Source: Octopus vulgaris (lineage: Eukaryota). From it: a DNA stretch of 64,000 bases. This document shows positions 27,423 through 40,759 of this stretch, one piece after another; position 1 is the first letter of the stretch; every line of letters starts with the position of its first letter. Position numbers and translations under genes: made by a program. The notes beneath the pieces were generated by a model. That model ran no database searches, had not been told where the DNA came from, and saw nothing but the letters and a program-made list of their open reading frames with translations. The DNA lies in assembly GCA_951406725.2 (NCBI GenBank), contig OX597820.1, positions 108,562,001-108,626,000 of the forward strand, read 5' to 3'.

Positions 27423-27729
27423 ACATAAAAAGCACCATCCGAACGTGGCCGATGCCAGCACCGCCCCGACTGGCTTCTGTGCAGGTGGCACATAAAAAGC
27501 ACCAACCGACCGTGGCCGATGCCAGACCCCTCTGGCACCTGTGCAGGTGGCACGTAAAAAGCACCCACTACACTCGCGGAGTGGTTGGCGTTAGGAAGGG
27601 CATCCAGCTGTAGAAACACTGCCAGACCAGACTGGAGCCTGGGGCAGCCCCTGGCTCCCCAGACCCCGGTCGAAACCGTCCAATCCGTGCTAGCGCGGAA
27701 AACGGACGTTAAACGATGATGATGATGAT
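27423..27729 (+). mobile_element. RTE 3' UTR fragment with (GAT)n tail
   Basis: Shared UTR and tail. Confidence 0.85.
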
Positions 27730-28174
27730 ATATATATCCATATATACATATATATACATATATATATATACATATTTATATATGCATATATACATAAATA
27801 TATATACATACATACACATATATATACATGTATATATATACATATATGTATATACATATATATATGCATATATACATAAATATATATACATATATACACA
27901 TATATATACATGTATATATATACATATATATACATATATATATATACATATATATATATACATATATATATACATAAATATATATACATATATACATATA
28001 TATATATACATATATGTATATACATATATATATACATACATATATACATGTATACATATATATATATATATAATATATATACACACACACATATACACAT
28101 ATATATATATATATACACACACATATATATATATATATACACATATATACACATATATATACACACATATATAC

Positions 28175-28215
<41 letters not shown>

Positions 28216-28222
28216 TATATAT

Positions 28223-28260
<38 letters not shown>
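27730..28260. repeat. (TA)n/(CA)n microsatellite
   Basis: Direct reading. Confidence 0.95.
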
Positions 28261-28430
28261 TGGACACTTGTCCTAAGCCACCTTGACTGTTGCTCATAGC
28301 TATGGTCACCAACCAGTATCAAATTAACCTCAGAACTTGAGGCAATCCAACAAAGCTACACGAAGAAAATAGCCTCTATGCAGCATGTAAGTTATTGGGA
28401 AAGACTCAAGAAATTAAGACTCTATTCCTG
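28261..28430 (+). pseudogene. CR1-group LINE C-terminal fragment
   Basis: [53 protein letters not shown] is homologous to 250-420 (-). Confidence 0.82.
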
Positions 28431-28673
28431 CTGGTCCAGGAGTTAGATGGTAAATGCTTTTATTTTTCATACCCTTTGAAATTTTATGCGTAATAGTGGT
28501 TTGGAATTTAACTGTCCTCTCTAGCATGCAAGGACTCCTATGATGGATGCCTCTTGTGTGTTAAAATGTACACTGTATTTGTATGAATAATATATAGTCT
28601 ATTGACTAAATTTTCACATGCTAGGCCACTGGTAATAGAAATTTTAAATATTTCTAATTACCCTTTGATATTA

Positions 28674-28722
<49 letters not shown>

Positions 28723-28866
28723 TACATACATAATTCATTTAGGCATTGCAGGAATAATAACCTGGTGTAGAAGTCAATATACATGTGTTTCAAAAAGTGT
28801 TAGCCAAGTATAGAGCAGTAATAAGAAAGAGAGAAAGGAATAAATGATTATCTCATGAACTTCATT

Positions 28867-28940
28867 ATCTTACAGCTGTTTCTGCTATAAGATGCTGTGG
28901 ACTTATAGTTGAGTGCCTAAATAACACCTTCATTAGAGAC
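28867..28940 (-). ncRNA. Decayed hammerhead motif (G5A), resembling the 57 kb HHR
   Basis: Minus strand: GUCU CUAAUGA...GAAA CAGCUG UA/AGAU. The core G5 is mutated and stem II pairs poorly. Confidence 0.4.
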
Positions 28941-29064
28941 TTGAATATGATGTGTTATTTATTTGTGAAACAATTACATTTCTCCCTATGCAGGGAGTGG
29001 CATCAACAATGAGAATGTCGATATAGACGTACACCCAAAAGGTAATTAGATGTATTAGTGGAAA

Positions 29065-29104
<40 letters not shown>

Positions 29105-30196
29105 CATACTCTGAGGCACCTGCAGATATAGAAAGACATACACATGCAAAACACAATTTGCAAACACACACAGACAAGCACATATTCTATATTGGTTTGA
29201 CTAATTTTGTTTGGCATTCAGCTTGGCTATCTGCCACAGATGATATGTGGTACAGTGAAATCACATGATGCAGTAGGACCATCTGCTGATATATTGATGA
29301 AAATTTGTCAATCAATAACAGAATTCCGATGCTTTTTAGCAATTATCATCTACATGAAATGATTTTTGCACGATGTTTATAACAGTTCAGGGCATTATAA
29401 ACAACACATCCATGTTAGATTGGATGTGCTAATTAATATCCATTAAAAAAATTCCTCCTGTTGTTAATAGCTAAGTTTATTGTAATTTCTTACATTTAGC
29501 AGTAGCTAAACCACTATACTGAAAGCAAGGTGAAGGATAATCTATGTGGACAGAAGTAGTCATACATCTATTTGTATGCACAAAGATATATATATATATA
29601 TATATATAATAAATTAGATATTAGATAATAAAATGAATGGTTTATACTTGGTAGCTTACTAGTAAAGCACAGTCACTTTCACAGTGTTCATTATGTATCT
29701 GGTTAATCAGAGGTAGAAGATGGAAGATACCAAGTAGCTTTTAACTCACTATGTGAATGTATGTGCACCAAATCACATGTGTATGTATGCTTACATCTTC
29801 GTGGTTGTTTGTATGAGTGAGTGTACATGCATTATACAAGCTACATGGCATTTATACATCCATATCCATTAAGGGTTACATTTAATACTTTCTCGCTGTA
29901 CTGTGTGTTTGTTTTTTTTGTTATTTTATTATCGATCTTCTATATAAATGAAACTATATCCTTTAATTTGCTGCTTTGCTTCACAAGAACTGAGAAGACA
30001 CACTGCGGAACTGCTATTTTGATGATTCGATGAGTTATATCTGTTTATCATCTAAAGAGACACATCTGCACCATCAGATGCTCCTGAATCAGTCATTAAG
30101 TATCCCACCTATGAGGGATCAATGCTAGATGTGTGGAAACAATTTTAGTGATTAATAAAAACTCTCATATCTTCCATCTTCTGTCTCTGATCAACT

Positions 30197-30239
<43 letters not shown>

Positions 30240-30617
30240 GTGTTATTATTTTCCACCTTTAATCAGGTGTAACCTCCCTCCATACTTGTGGTTGCTTTAA
30301 TTTTTCCTCTTAAATACTACACAATTTTTTACTATTTCCCCAGCCATTTTTCTACCTCTTCACCCTCTCTCAACTTATCACATTCACATCCCACAATGCT
30401 CACCACCAGCCTTCCGCCTGCACCTCACACCACTATGCCCTTTCCCCTCTGCCCATCTCCCTACACAGAGACTCTCCTTTATATGCACATAACTCCTCAC
30501 CTCTTTCACTCTTCTTAACACATCACCATAAAACTGCATTCCAACCAAGCCCCTAAGCCCCACATTTTTTCATCCTCCTCCCTCTTTTCCACCACCTGTC
30601 TCGTTTTTCTTTCCTCT

Positions 30618-30656
30618 TTTTTCTGATGAATGACCCTATGTCCAAAATGTCAAAGT
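30618..30656 (+). ncRNA. Decayed hammerhead motif
   Basis: TTT CTGATGA ATGACCCTATGTCC AAAATGTC AAAG. CCAAAATGTC equals CCGAAACGTC after two CpG transitions. Confidence 0.35.
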
Positions 30657-31111
30657 CCCTTCTCTTTTTCCTTTTCATTCATAAAACTAATAACAGCATT
30701 TTGGAAATGTATGCCCTTTGCTGTGCTTTTTCTTGTCGTTTGTGTGTGTGTGTGTAGAGAGAGAGTATTTCTTTATTCACCATAAGGTTGAGAAAAAGAG
30801 GGGACAAAACAAACGTTGGGGTCAGGGTATCGAATGAGACGAAACATATGAATAAACAAAAAATTAAAATATATACAATTAAATGAGAATGAGTGATTAA
30901 CAAAAAATGAAGCGGAGGACGCGGTCGACCCCACAAACCACATACTCACACTGAAGACTTTGCTTTATCCTTTTTACATTCTCGATTAAACAGGTTCTTT
31001 CACTCGCAACATACTTGCTATAGACTTCCATCTTTTACGAAAAACAACTTTGCGACAGGCATTTCTTCTCCAGCCTTATTTTCTGTTTTATGTGGAAAAC
31101 GAAAAAGTCGA

Positions 31112-34100
31112 TTAGCTCGAGACTGGAGATGAACATGCCTGTTGCAATTCCTTTACTCTCGTCTTCCACACTACTTCTTTCGCCATAGCAACTACCGAAA
31201 GAAAACAGGCTCGCTCCTCCCTATTCAGGAAGGTCGGCGGAACTATCTTAATTACAGATTCGCTCGACAGTTGTACTCTTCTCGAATGCGACAGCAGGTG
31301 TTCGACATAAGTCCAGAGTTCAGTCACCTTGGGGCATTGCACAATCACGTGCAGGACAGTTTCACTGTCCCTCTTACATCTTGCACAAACCGGCGAAGTT
31401 GCACACCCATGTCTAAAGAGCTTATCTCGAACCGGTAAAGCTCCTCTGTAACATTGCCAGGCCAGGGACTTTTGGTAATCATCCACAGGCCCCGGACCGA
31501 ATGTTCTTTGGAACAGGCTGGCCAGTTGATTTTCGTCGAAGCCCAGAGTTTCTCCTAGGACGTCGTCACACTTAAACTCTACTAACCCTCTATAGAAGAA
31601 CGCGGTAGTAGCTCCGCCACCGGCGTTGCCCGACTGGGAGAGAAGCACGAGTGCCTGATAGCACTCTGCATGCCACATGCCCAACCTCGGTCTACACTTG
31701 ATCCATGGGTTCAGTTCGTTAAACGATGTGAACTGTGGAAATAACAGCTTGACAAACGGAGACCACACCTGCTCACCGTCCAGGTAAATCCAGAGGTACC
31801 TAAGCCTGAGCGCATGTCTGCGCATTTTTAGCCACGGCATCCCTAACCCACCGTTCAGCGGCTTTTGGCAGCAAATAGAGCGCCTTACAAGAGGTCTGCT
31901 GCCCTTCCACAAAAAGCGAAAGAGCATGCGTTCCAGTTTGTTCAGCCACGAATCGGGGCAAGGCACTACGGTTAGGCAGTAAGTGATTACAGAGGCGATA
32001 AACACTTCTGCAACCTCCGCCCTCCCTTTCAAGGACAGCTTCCGCTCAGACCATGTCTGAGTTAGGAGAGCCACCTTTCTCGCCACCTCACTCCAGTTCT
32101 CCTCTATCTGGAGATCTGGACCTAACCAGATCCCAAGCATTTTCACCGGTCCTTCCATCCAACGTCCTACAACGCTGTCGGAAGACATCGACTTGCCCCT
32201 CCAGGTGCCAAGTTGCAAGCCGACTGATTTATCCCGGTTGACTTTCGCTCCTGCCACCGCTTCGTAGTCCCTTAAGGCCTCACCCACCCACTGTAGGTAC
32301 TCGACTCGGGAAACGATGACGGTGATGTCGTCCGCATACGCCGAAGCTGACTTTCCGCACCCTAGATCTTGCGGCATGCCTCTCATAGTTTCCAACCTCC
32401 TCAGCAACGGCTCGAGGGCCAAAACGTAGAGAAGCGGGGAGAGAGGACACCCTTGACGTACCGAACGTTCAATGCTGAACGGCTCCGAAAGGAAACCATT
32501 TACCCGAACTACCGATTCGATGTTGCTGTATAAAGCGATGATCCATCCACGGAAGGTCGGGCCGAAGCCAGCCGCCGCGGGGACCGCCGCCAGATACTGA
32601 TGGTCCACCCTATCAAATGCTTTCGATTGGTCCAAGTGGACCATAGCCCCACCCTTGCCAGGAATCCTATTTACCCTTTCTAAGGTATAGCGTAGAAAGT
32701 GGAGATTGTCGTGGATGGTCCTTCCAGGGATGGCGCAAGTTTGCACCTCGCCAACAAGTTCACCCACGACCCTCGCCAACCTTTTTGCTAAGACCTTGGC
32801 CAAGATCTTCAACTCTGCGTTAAGCAGAGTGATAGGCCGGAAATTATCAATTAAATCCCCCTTGTTTGGTTCCTTTCTTAACAGCGCTACCACCCCTCGG
32901 CTCACAGACTTAAGAATTCTCCCGTTCTGCTGCCAGTTGGTGTACACGCATGCAAGTAGGTGCCCAAACAAGTCTGGGATGCTACTATAGAGTTCGTAAG
33001 GCAGACCATCGAGTCCCGGCGATTTGTCCCCGCCACAGTCTGCCAACATATCCTCGACTTCTTTGGCTGTGATCGGCGCCTCACAAGATTCCGCGTCCGG
33101 CCTCGATAGACGCGGCAAACCGGCTAGGAAGTCTGCGAGCTTCTCCCCGCGCTCCAGCTCGCCGCTCCTCCCGAATAGCTGGGCGAAATGATCATGAAAC
33201 ACCTTGCACATCTTCTCGGGTTCGTTTACTAATCGACCATTTGGGCCCGTCAAGGATTGAATGGTTGAGTTGTTGCCACGCTGGCCCTCTACCACCCAGG
33301 CCCATCCGGCTGCGTTGATCCCTTCCTGTCTCATTGCACGGATCTTAGCCCTGACAATGCACCCTTCATGTTTAGCTTTGAGATGTTGGTCTAGTGCTAA
33401 CCTCGCCGCTAACACTTTCGATGCACTGCCTGACCTCATTGCCTCCTCTATTGCCTTAACTAGTTCCTTTTCTACTTTGTTTCTAGCACTAGCTAGTTCT
33501 TTGCTAAACCTAATTGACTCAAATTTGATGGCTCTTTTCAGGGCGTACCACCATTTATTGTTGATAATGGATCCGGTTAACGCCCTCATTACTAATTGTT
33601 TAATCCGATTCCTGTAGGCTTCACAGTCCAATAGTGACTTGTTTAGCTTCCAGTAACCGGTACCTTGTCTACACATGCTATCTATGTCGAGCGTACAGGT
33701 CACTAATTTGTGATCGCTGTAGCTGACGATATGGTGTTGTGGACAGCTAAGTATTTTCTTATCTTTCCTTCTAGTTATGATTCTATCGATATAAGATCTG
33801 GACGACCCATCGTTTCTTGCCCAGGTCCACGCTGGAGTGTCTGGATGGTCCAGTCTGAATCTATCTGCCAATTCGAAACGACTTAGCATATCGTTGAGGT
33901 GAGGTAATCCCCTCGTATTCTTTCTTGAGCCAACATAATCTATGCTTGCATCGCAAATTATGTTGAAGTCACCTAGCAATACTAACGTGTTCGACGTGCC
34001 AAGAAAATTCTCTAGGCTTTTGAAATACTCTTTCTGCCCAGCTTTTCCTTCGCAGGGAGCATAGACAGCGACCAGCCTGAACACTTTACCACTGCTGCGC

Positions 34101-34403
34101 GTCACATCCAAAACGACCAACCTGCCTTCTGGATCTATAAAGACAGTTCTAATCTCTAAATCCAGGTTTTTCCTGACCAGCACTGCCGCTCCTCCTCCCC
34201 CTCCAGGTCGACAGGGAGAAATGTATTTCTCATAGCCGTTTAGAAGGGGCGAAAAAGCCTGCAGCCCACTCAGTCTGGATTCGGTAATTACCACTACATC
34301 CAAACGATGCGACCTAAGGTCGTTAAGGAGGTAGCCTTGCTTCCAATACGACCCCAGGCCGCGAATATTTATACAACCGAGTTTAAACGAGAAAGTGAAA
34401 ATT
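31112..34403 (-). CDS. Tx1-like ORF2: APE endonuclease, reverse transcriptase, Cys-rich C-terminus
   Basis: GCINIRG, ITES, VYAP, LGDFN, YIDRI, SDH, KSPGLDGLP, FRPITLLN, LDQSKAFDRVDH, SVRQGCPLSPLLY, AYADD, CARC..ETVLHVIVQC. The open frame extends upstream of 34303 with no ATG. A frameshift near 31150 probably truncates the C-terminus. Confidence 0.9.
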
Positions 34404-34421
34404 TAGTCGAATGTTTAAAAC

Positions 34422-35975
34422 TTACTGTTTTAACAGAAGAGAGGGTGTAGTTTCACCCTCATCTTTTCTGTCTGTGAGTGTTGTGTTTTGCGAGGTCAGT
34501 TTTTTTGCGAATTGCTTGTACAGATGGCTTGAAAAGTTCATCTGTAACGGGCCTACGTCCTCCGCAAAAGATTTTTTAATTTCAAAATAATCCGCGTTAT
34601 CTATCGTATAAAATTCTACATTTTCAGATATAATACTATTTATATCTGTTGCGATATATTTTTTCGCCGATTTCAGTAAATTAATTTTTTCCTTTAATGG
34701 GATATTGTTTTTATTTATCGCCGTGAAGGTGTTTCTTTTTTTTTTGTTAGGTGATTGTGGAGGGGGCTGTGTGTGTGTGTTTGTGGGTGTGTGTGTGCTT
34801 GTAGAAGCGTGGGTGTTTGTAGGTGTGTGCGTGCTTGTGGTAGGTGTGTGAGTGTTTGTGTGTGCTTTTTCCAGTGTGTGTGTTTTTTTGGCTACGTGTG
34901 TGTTTGCGACTGTATTTGTGGGTGTGGGTGTGGGTGTGCTTGTCTGTGTCAGAGTATAGTCCTGTGTATCCGAAGAGGGTGGATTTTTCCGTTTCCATCT
35001 TCTTTTTGAAGCTTCCACGTTGACCCACTCCTGGATGTTGTTGTTGTTGTTGTCATCGTTGTTGTCGTTGTTTTCTCCCATTGTCGGCTGAATTTCGGCA
35101 ATTGGGGTGCGCGACGTGGCTGCTATTTCTAGCGGTGAAGTTGTTTTCGGCATCATGCTTGCCTCTGCAGTATTTTCTTTCGCTGTCTTCTTGCAGCTCG
35201 ACCTTATGTGGCCTTTCTCGCCACATTTATAGCACCTCGGTTTTCTTCCCTCGACTATTACCATCAAGGTGGTATTATCTCCAATGGTGAGGGAGCTTGG
35301 CAATTTTTCCAAGTCCGAGGGGTTCGCTTGGATCACAAGCTCTAAGTCCTGTCCATACCAGGTTGTGGGGCGATATCTTTTAGACTGAAGAATGGCAATT
35401 TCTTCCTATTTGCCTAAGAGAATCGCTGCTGTTATAAAGTCCACATCTATTTCGGGCAGAATGTCCGTGACTGTTATCCTGCTAGTTCTCATTCCTAAAT
35501 AAAATGGTAAAAGAACTACCTCTTCTGACTTCAACGTTCTTGTTGAATGTTCCCTAGCTATTTCTTCGCTAGGGAAACGCACCTCTACCGTGCCGAAGCG
35601 ACTACCCCTTGTTATAAATGTAGTTTGTTGCCATATCGGCCTCAAACATTTTTCAATGGCTTCTCTCTGTACGAAGTCAATTTTCTTATTTTTGACATTA
35701 TACGTCTTGTATATGACAGTTTTTCTCTCCATCGCGTAAATCAATTCACTGGGAGGGAACAACTTCACATTATTACCTTCTTTTTTTAGTAGTCCTTGGT
35801 ATTTCTTTAATTCTTCCTTGTTGATGACTATATTTTCACAGGGGCGAGTTGCTGCACTCGCAAAATTTATTTTTGCCTTTTCTTGTCGTTTACTAGCTTC
35901 GCCAGACATATTGTCGTCTGCTTTTGTAATGCTCACGTGAGACGTCTCTTTACTTCTACCTTCCTCCTCCCGCAT
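34422..35975 (-). pseudogene. Tx1-like ORF1 (gag-like, CCHC knuckle) with one in-frame TAG
   Basis: ORFs 35406-35975 and 34422-35336 share a frame, separated by TAG at 35406-35408. Contains CYKCGEKGHIRSSC and is homologous to ORF1 pieces at 44783-45304. Confidence 0.85.
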
Positions 35976-36242
35976 TTTCGCCTCATGCCTTCAAACAAAT
36001 TTTCAACGTTTTCCTCCGACTCAGAGGAGACTGGTTGCAAATTCATGTCTTTTCGTCACTTCCCCCTTGAAACAAGGGGGAAAGAACAGCAGAACTCTGC
36101 TGCAACAGCAGAACTCTGCTGCTACAGCAGAACTCTGCTGCTACAGCAGAAAAGAAGTGGCCTCGACGACCAAAACAGCAAATTTTCAAACTTTTCAGCA
36201 CAAAAACAATCTTTCACTGCAGAGCAAAGAATAACACGACCG

Positions 36243-36245
<3 letters not shown>

Positions 36246-36308
<63 letters not shown>
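36246..36308. repeat. (GA)n microsatellite
   Basis: Direct reading. Confidence 0.97.
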
Positions 36309-37569
36309 ACAAAAGGAAAGAAAACAAGAGAAAAGAGGGACAAATTTTAACAGCTATTGTATCAGAGTAAATGCTTAAAAGAAAGGAAAAATATCTTGAT
36401 GCATTGGATGCTTGTCCTTCATCAGAAGAAACATTTGGAAGAATAGTATAGGAGAGTGAAAAAGTGGTTGGAGGGAAAAGGGCAAGGAGTTAGGAGTCAA
36501 GTTGGAATGCCGTTCTATAGTGAGGGAGTTAAGAAGGGACGAATGAACATGGAATGCACATGTAGCAGTGTGCACTATGCATGTGTGTGTGTATCCTTTC
36601 CTTAATATCACATGATGGTTGTAATCAAATATGTTATGCATTTCTAGTTTTCCATGAAAAATATATGTGGCCATGGTAAATATTACTTTGCTTGGAAAAG
36701 CAGGTAAGGGTTGATGATAGGAAGGGCATTCTGTCATAGGAAATCTGCCTCAACAAATTCCATCTGCCCCATGCATACTTAAAAAAAGTAGATGTTAAAT
36801 GATGATCTGCAGAGTTTTTGTCAATCAAATTACTCTCACACAGCATTGATGGACCTGAAGCTGTGAGACAAGAGAACTGCATCATTGATCTGAGATTGAA
36901 AAACAGTGACAAAACTTGGTTTCGAGACATTTTATGCTGTCACTCTACAGCTCTATGTAAATAAATTTATTAAATAAACCTGTGGATTTCTTCTAATCTA
37001 TCCTGAACTTTAAGCCAAATCATGACTTCATGTATAGAGAGCCCAAATACATCTTCTCATGGGGGTTTACCAACGAAGTCCACTTTCACATACAGCCATA
37101 GCAAGAAACATGGGCAGTAGAACTAGAATTCTTGTGGCCACTTTTAACTGCAACACTTCACTTTCACTGAAGATCTCTCTTGGCACACATATATCCTTCA
37201 CATAGCAAAGACCACAACTTAATGACTGTTCTTTCTCTTCAGACTAGACAATGTGTCATCCACCCCACAGTTAACAATTACAAAAACAAACAAAAAGAGA
37301 AAAAACCCCAGAGACATTTATATATATGTCCACACTACACACATGCACACTGTTTGTCTTGCATCACATACATCCATACAGTTGTATGTCCAGAAGCACC
37401 ACACACACACTGTTTTTTCCTTTTGTTTGCCTGTTGCATTTACTTTTGTTCTTTGTACATGCAGATTTTTTCTCATATTGTACACATTTCTCCCACTGTT
37501 GCCTCTTTGCAATCTCTGTACATTTGTATTCCCTTTAACTTTCCATCGACTGTTCATTAGTTCTGACTT

Positions 37570-39713
37570 CAAATTTTACAGAGGAAGCCATGTACCTCCT
37601 TTGAAACCAGTTGTCTCATCCATTGGCCACTGGATGACGCATGTCATGGTGTTGCACTGCAGGAGAATTAAATCTATAGCTTTTGGATGGTGCAACCAAA
37701 GCAATTAGACATATTTTCTTCCTGCTGCTATTCTTTCAGGCCGTGTGAATTCCTATGTACACTCTTTGGCCTGAAAAACGCAGCATAATCTTTCCAACAC
37801 TTGATGGACAGGGGTCTTGATTTTGTCTTTGCATACTTAGATGATATCCTTATCGCAAGTCAAAATGTGGAGCTATACAAGAAGCATTTAGTGATTCTTT
37901 TTGATAGACCAGAACAGTATGGTTTAGTAATCAACCCTGCCAAATGTGTCTTTGGTGTTATAGAAATCGATTTCTTGGATCATTGAATTACTCCTGCCAG
38001 AAAAAGTGAATGCTATCTTAACCTTTCCACACCCCAACACAAGCAAGGCTCTACACCAGTTTCTGGGCATGGTCAACTTTTACCATCACTTCATTCCTTC
38101 TGCAGTAAGACTGATGAGACCCCTATACAAGGCACTGTCAAATGATGATTCAAGAAGACAGGTGGAGTGGGACAGTGCAATAACCTCAGCCTTCAAATCT
38201 ACAAAACAAGTTCTGGTCAAAACAACCATGCTGATCCATCCTCAAATATCAGCTTCCACTGCACTCACAGTTGATGGGGAGCATTTTGGAACAATGCATC
38301 AATGGCCAGTGGCAACCACTTGCCTTCTTCAACCGACAACTACAACCTCCTGAACAGATATACAGTGCTTTTGACAAGGAACTGCTGGCTGTCCATCTAG
38401 GTGTTCACCACTTTCGCTATTTTCTTGAAGGCTGCATGTTTACAGTGTTCACAGACCACAAACCACTCACTTTTGCTATAAGCAAATTGAGCAAGTATGG
38501 CCAAGCAAATTGGGGAGTGGTCCAAGACCTGCATCCCCTGTCAACAAGCCAAGGTCCATCAGCACACCAAAGCACCCCTCAGCAACTATGAACCACCACA
38601 GGCCCATTTCAGCCACATCAACATTGACCTTGTTAACCCTCTACCACCTTCACAGGGTTGCTCGTACCTACTGACTTTGGTAGACCACTACACTTGTTGG
38701 CCTGAGCAATGCAGAAACACAAGAAGTCAGCCGAGCTTTCATCACAAACTGAGTTGCCCATTTCGGTGTCCAGATGGCATCTCACCCAATCAGGGTTTAT
38801 AATTCACCTCAAAGCTGTGAAATGACATGTGACCTTTTTGGAATCACAATGAAGCACACAACGGCCTACCATCCACAGGCCAACATGTTGGTGGAGAGAT
38901 TTCACTGCCGCATTAAAGAATCCCTGACAACTAGACTTAACAGGCCCAATTGGATTGATCGACTTCCATGAGTGATGTTGGGAATCTTCACCACCCCAAA
39001 GGAAAATCTCAACACATCTTCTGCAGAAGTAGTGTATGGTGCCCCTCTTACAGTGCCAGGAGAGTTCCTTCCGAATGCAAAGTCAGACCCAAATGTCAAA
39101 AGGTACCTCGCACAACTGAGAGACAGTGTGAGCCAGTTGCACCCTATCCCCATGTCAACACATGGTGCACCCAGATCATCCATACCAAATTACCTCTGCA
39201 TGGCTAACTTCATGTTTGTTCAATGTGACACAAGACGAAAACTCCTCCAATCACCCTATATGAAGTTGTATGTCCAGGAGACAAATCATTCCAAGTCCTA
39301 AATGGCTGATGACAAGACAGTTTCCATCAATAGGTTGAAACCAGCCTATCTCAATATTAAGGGCCCCGTCCAAGTAACTCAACCACCAAAGAAGGGCCAC
39401 TTCAGGCAAATTACACTGACCCTTGGCAAAGGAACAGTTACCAAAGAGCCAAGTAACCACACGCATGTGCAAGAATGTTAAAACGTCTTCTTGGTTCCAA
39501 TGACAGTCAACAGTTCTATTGGGGAGCTATATGTAGGGCACTGCCCAAGGATTTCTGACAAACAAACTATAGACATGAACTTCACTGCGGGCTAGCTAGG
39601 GAACTGGTCTATGGCAAAGTCAATTTCTGGTTAAGCAGGCTTTCTATTCTAGTGGGGGTTGAGTAGCAGCTGTCACCCTCATGTATTTAACTGAATAAAT
39701 CTTTCATTAACAC
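37570..39713 (+). mobile_element. Decayed Ty3/Gypsy LTR retrotransposon (RT, RNase H, integrase; possible PPT and 3' LTR)
   Basis: FGLKNAA, AYLDDILIAS, FLGMVNFY, WQPLAFF..YSAFDKELLAV..FTDHKPL, CIPCQ, HINIDLV, TTAYHPQAN.LVERFH, in Gypsy domain order. GGGGAG precedes TGTAG at 39532. Many stops, frameshifts and deletions; no 5' LTR seen. Confidence 0.88.
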
Positions 39714-39847
39714 AATCTGGATCTCTGTTAAATTTTTTGGCAGTCAATCATTTTGAGTCTCAGAATTGTCATTTTCATTTGTTTGTTTTTGTGAAAAGTT
39801 TATTTATTTACTTTTGACATGTTGAAGTGGAAGTGGAAGCTAATGGG

Positions 39848-40102
39848 CAGTGGCGGACTGGCCAGGTTGCCCAATAGCAAGTGGGCCCCTGTGCCATTAA
39901 GGGGCCCATCCCCTCATGTTTGAGAATTTTTTAATTCACCCCTGGAAGAATGCATTAATTATTTCAGCCTGGCTGTGTTTGTAGACTGTTGAAAAGAATA
40001 CTTTTAACAAAAAAAAAAACAAAAAAACAATGGCATTGTAAGTTGCAGATGGACCCCCTTAGTCTCCTGGCAACCAATATCTTTAGACCCAGTCCGCCAC
40101 TA
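39848..40102. mobile_element. hAT-type MITE
   Basis: TIR CAGTGGCGGACTGG / CCAGTCCGCCACTA with a perfect 8-bp TSD CTAATGGG (39840-39847, 40103-40110). Confidence 0.88.
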
Positions 40103-40759
40103 CTAATGGGTATACGTGTGTGGGTATGCGAGCGGGTTCTATTTTATGTATTTCTATTCACTCACACATAACAAAAACAGTGTCGCATTTTAAACTTAAG
40201 AAAAGCCATGTATTATAAATATGCAAGGCTTTTCTCAAGTTTAAAATGTGACAGTATTGGTTACCATGCGTGTGTGAGTGTGTGGTGTTAATGAAAATGT
40301 TACGCATTAATTTAATGTGTTAAACTTATCTTTATGGCATTCTTTCGATATAACTCGACAAAATCAAAGCATTTCACTTCGGGTATTTCCGTGGAAGCAA
40401 ATGACATTTCGCTTCTGTTTTCTGCTTGGAAATTTGCGGATTTTACATACGCACATAAAATGGGTAAGAAAAAATATGCAAGGCTTTTTTTCTTCAAGTT
40501 TAAAATGAAATCTTTATTATGATCAAAATGATCGTACATAGAAAGGGACATTACAAGACAAACAAATACAAAAATGTTAAATGAGTTTGAATGAGCATTA
40601 TGTTAAAAATTTACTTTAAAATATTTTATATAACGTTTAATTTTCCCTTTAACTAGAACTTTAAAAAAAAAAAAAAAAAAAAAAACAAAGAAAGAAAACG
40701 AATAAAAGTTCAAAAAGATCGAACCCGGCAGCCTATAAGGCCCAGCAACGATCTTTTCC

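Larger units (their letters stand above)
30766..36245 (-). mobile_element. Full-length Tx1-like non-LTR retrotransposon flanked by (TC)n
   Basis: 5' UTR, ORF1 with a zinc knuckle, ORF2 EN-RT-zinc finger, and a 3' UTR ending AATAAAGAAATA. (GA)n lies at 30756-30765 and 36246-36308. Confidence 0.88.

Noticed and set aside
18149-27495. Repeated 'MSKNSPSGRQLILKR...' ORFs as a gene family
   Set aside because: They are satellite translations with frames broken at random by 41-bp indels and no domain signal.
36905-36955. Hammerhead-like CUGUAGA...GAAAC on the minus strand
   Set aside because: A6 is mutated and there is no convincing stem I.
40663-40685. Poly(A) tail of a plus-strand retrocopy
   Set aside because: It lies inside the TSD-bounded minus-strand Tx1, so it is a U-rich 3' UTR tract.
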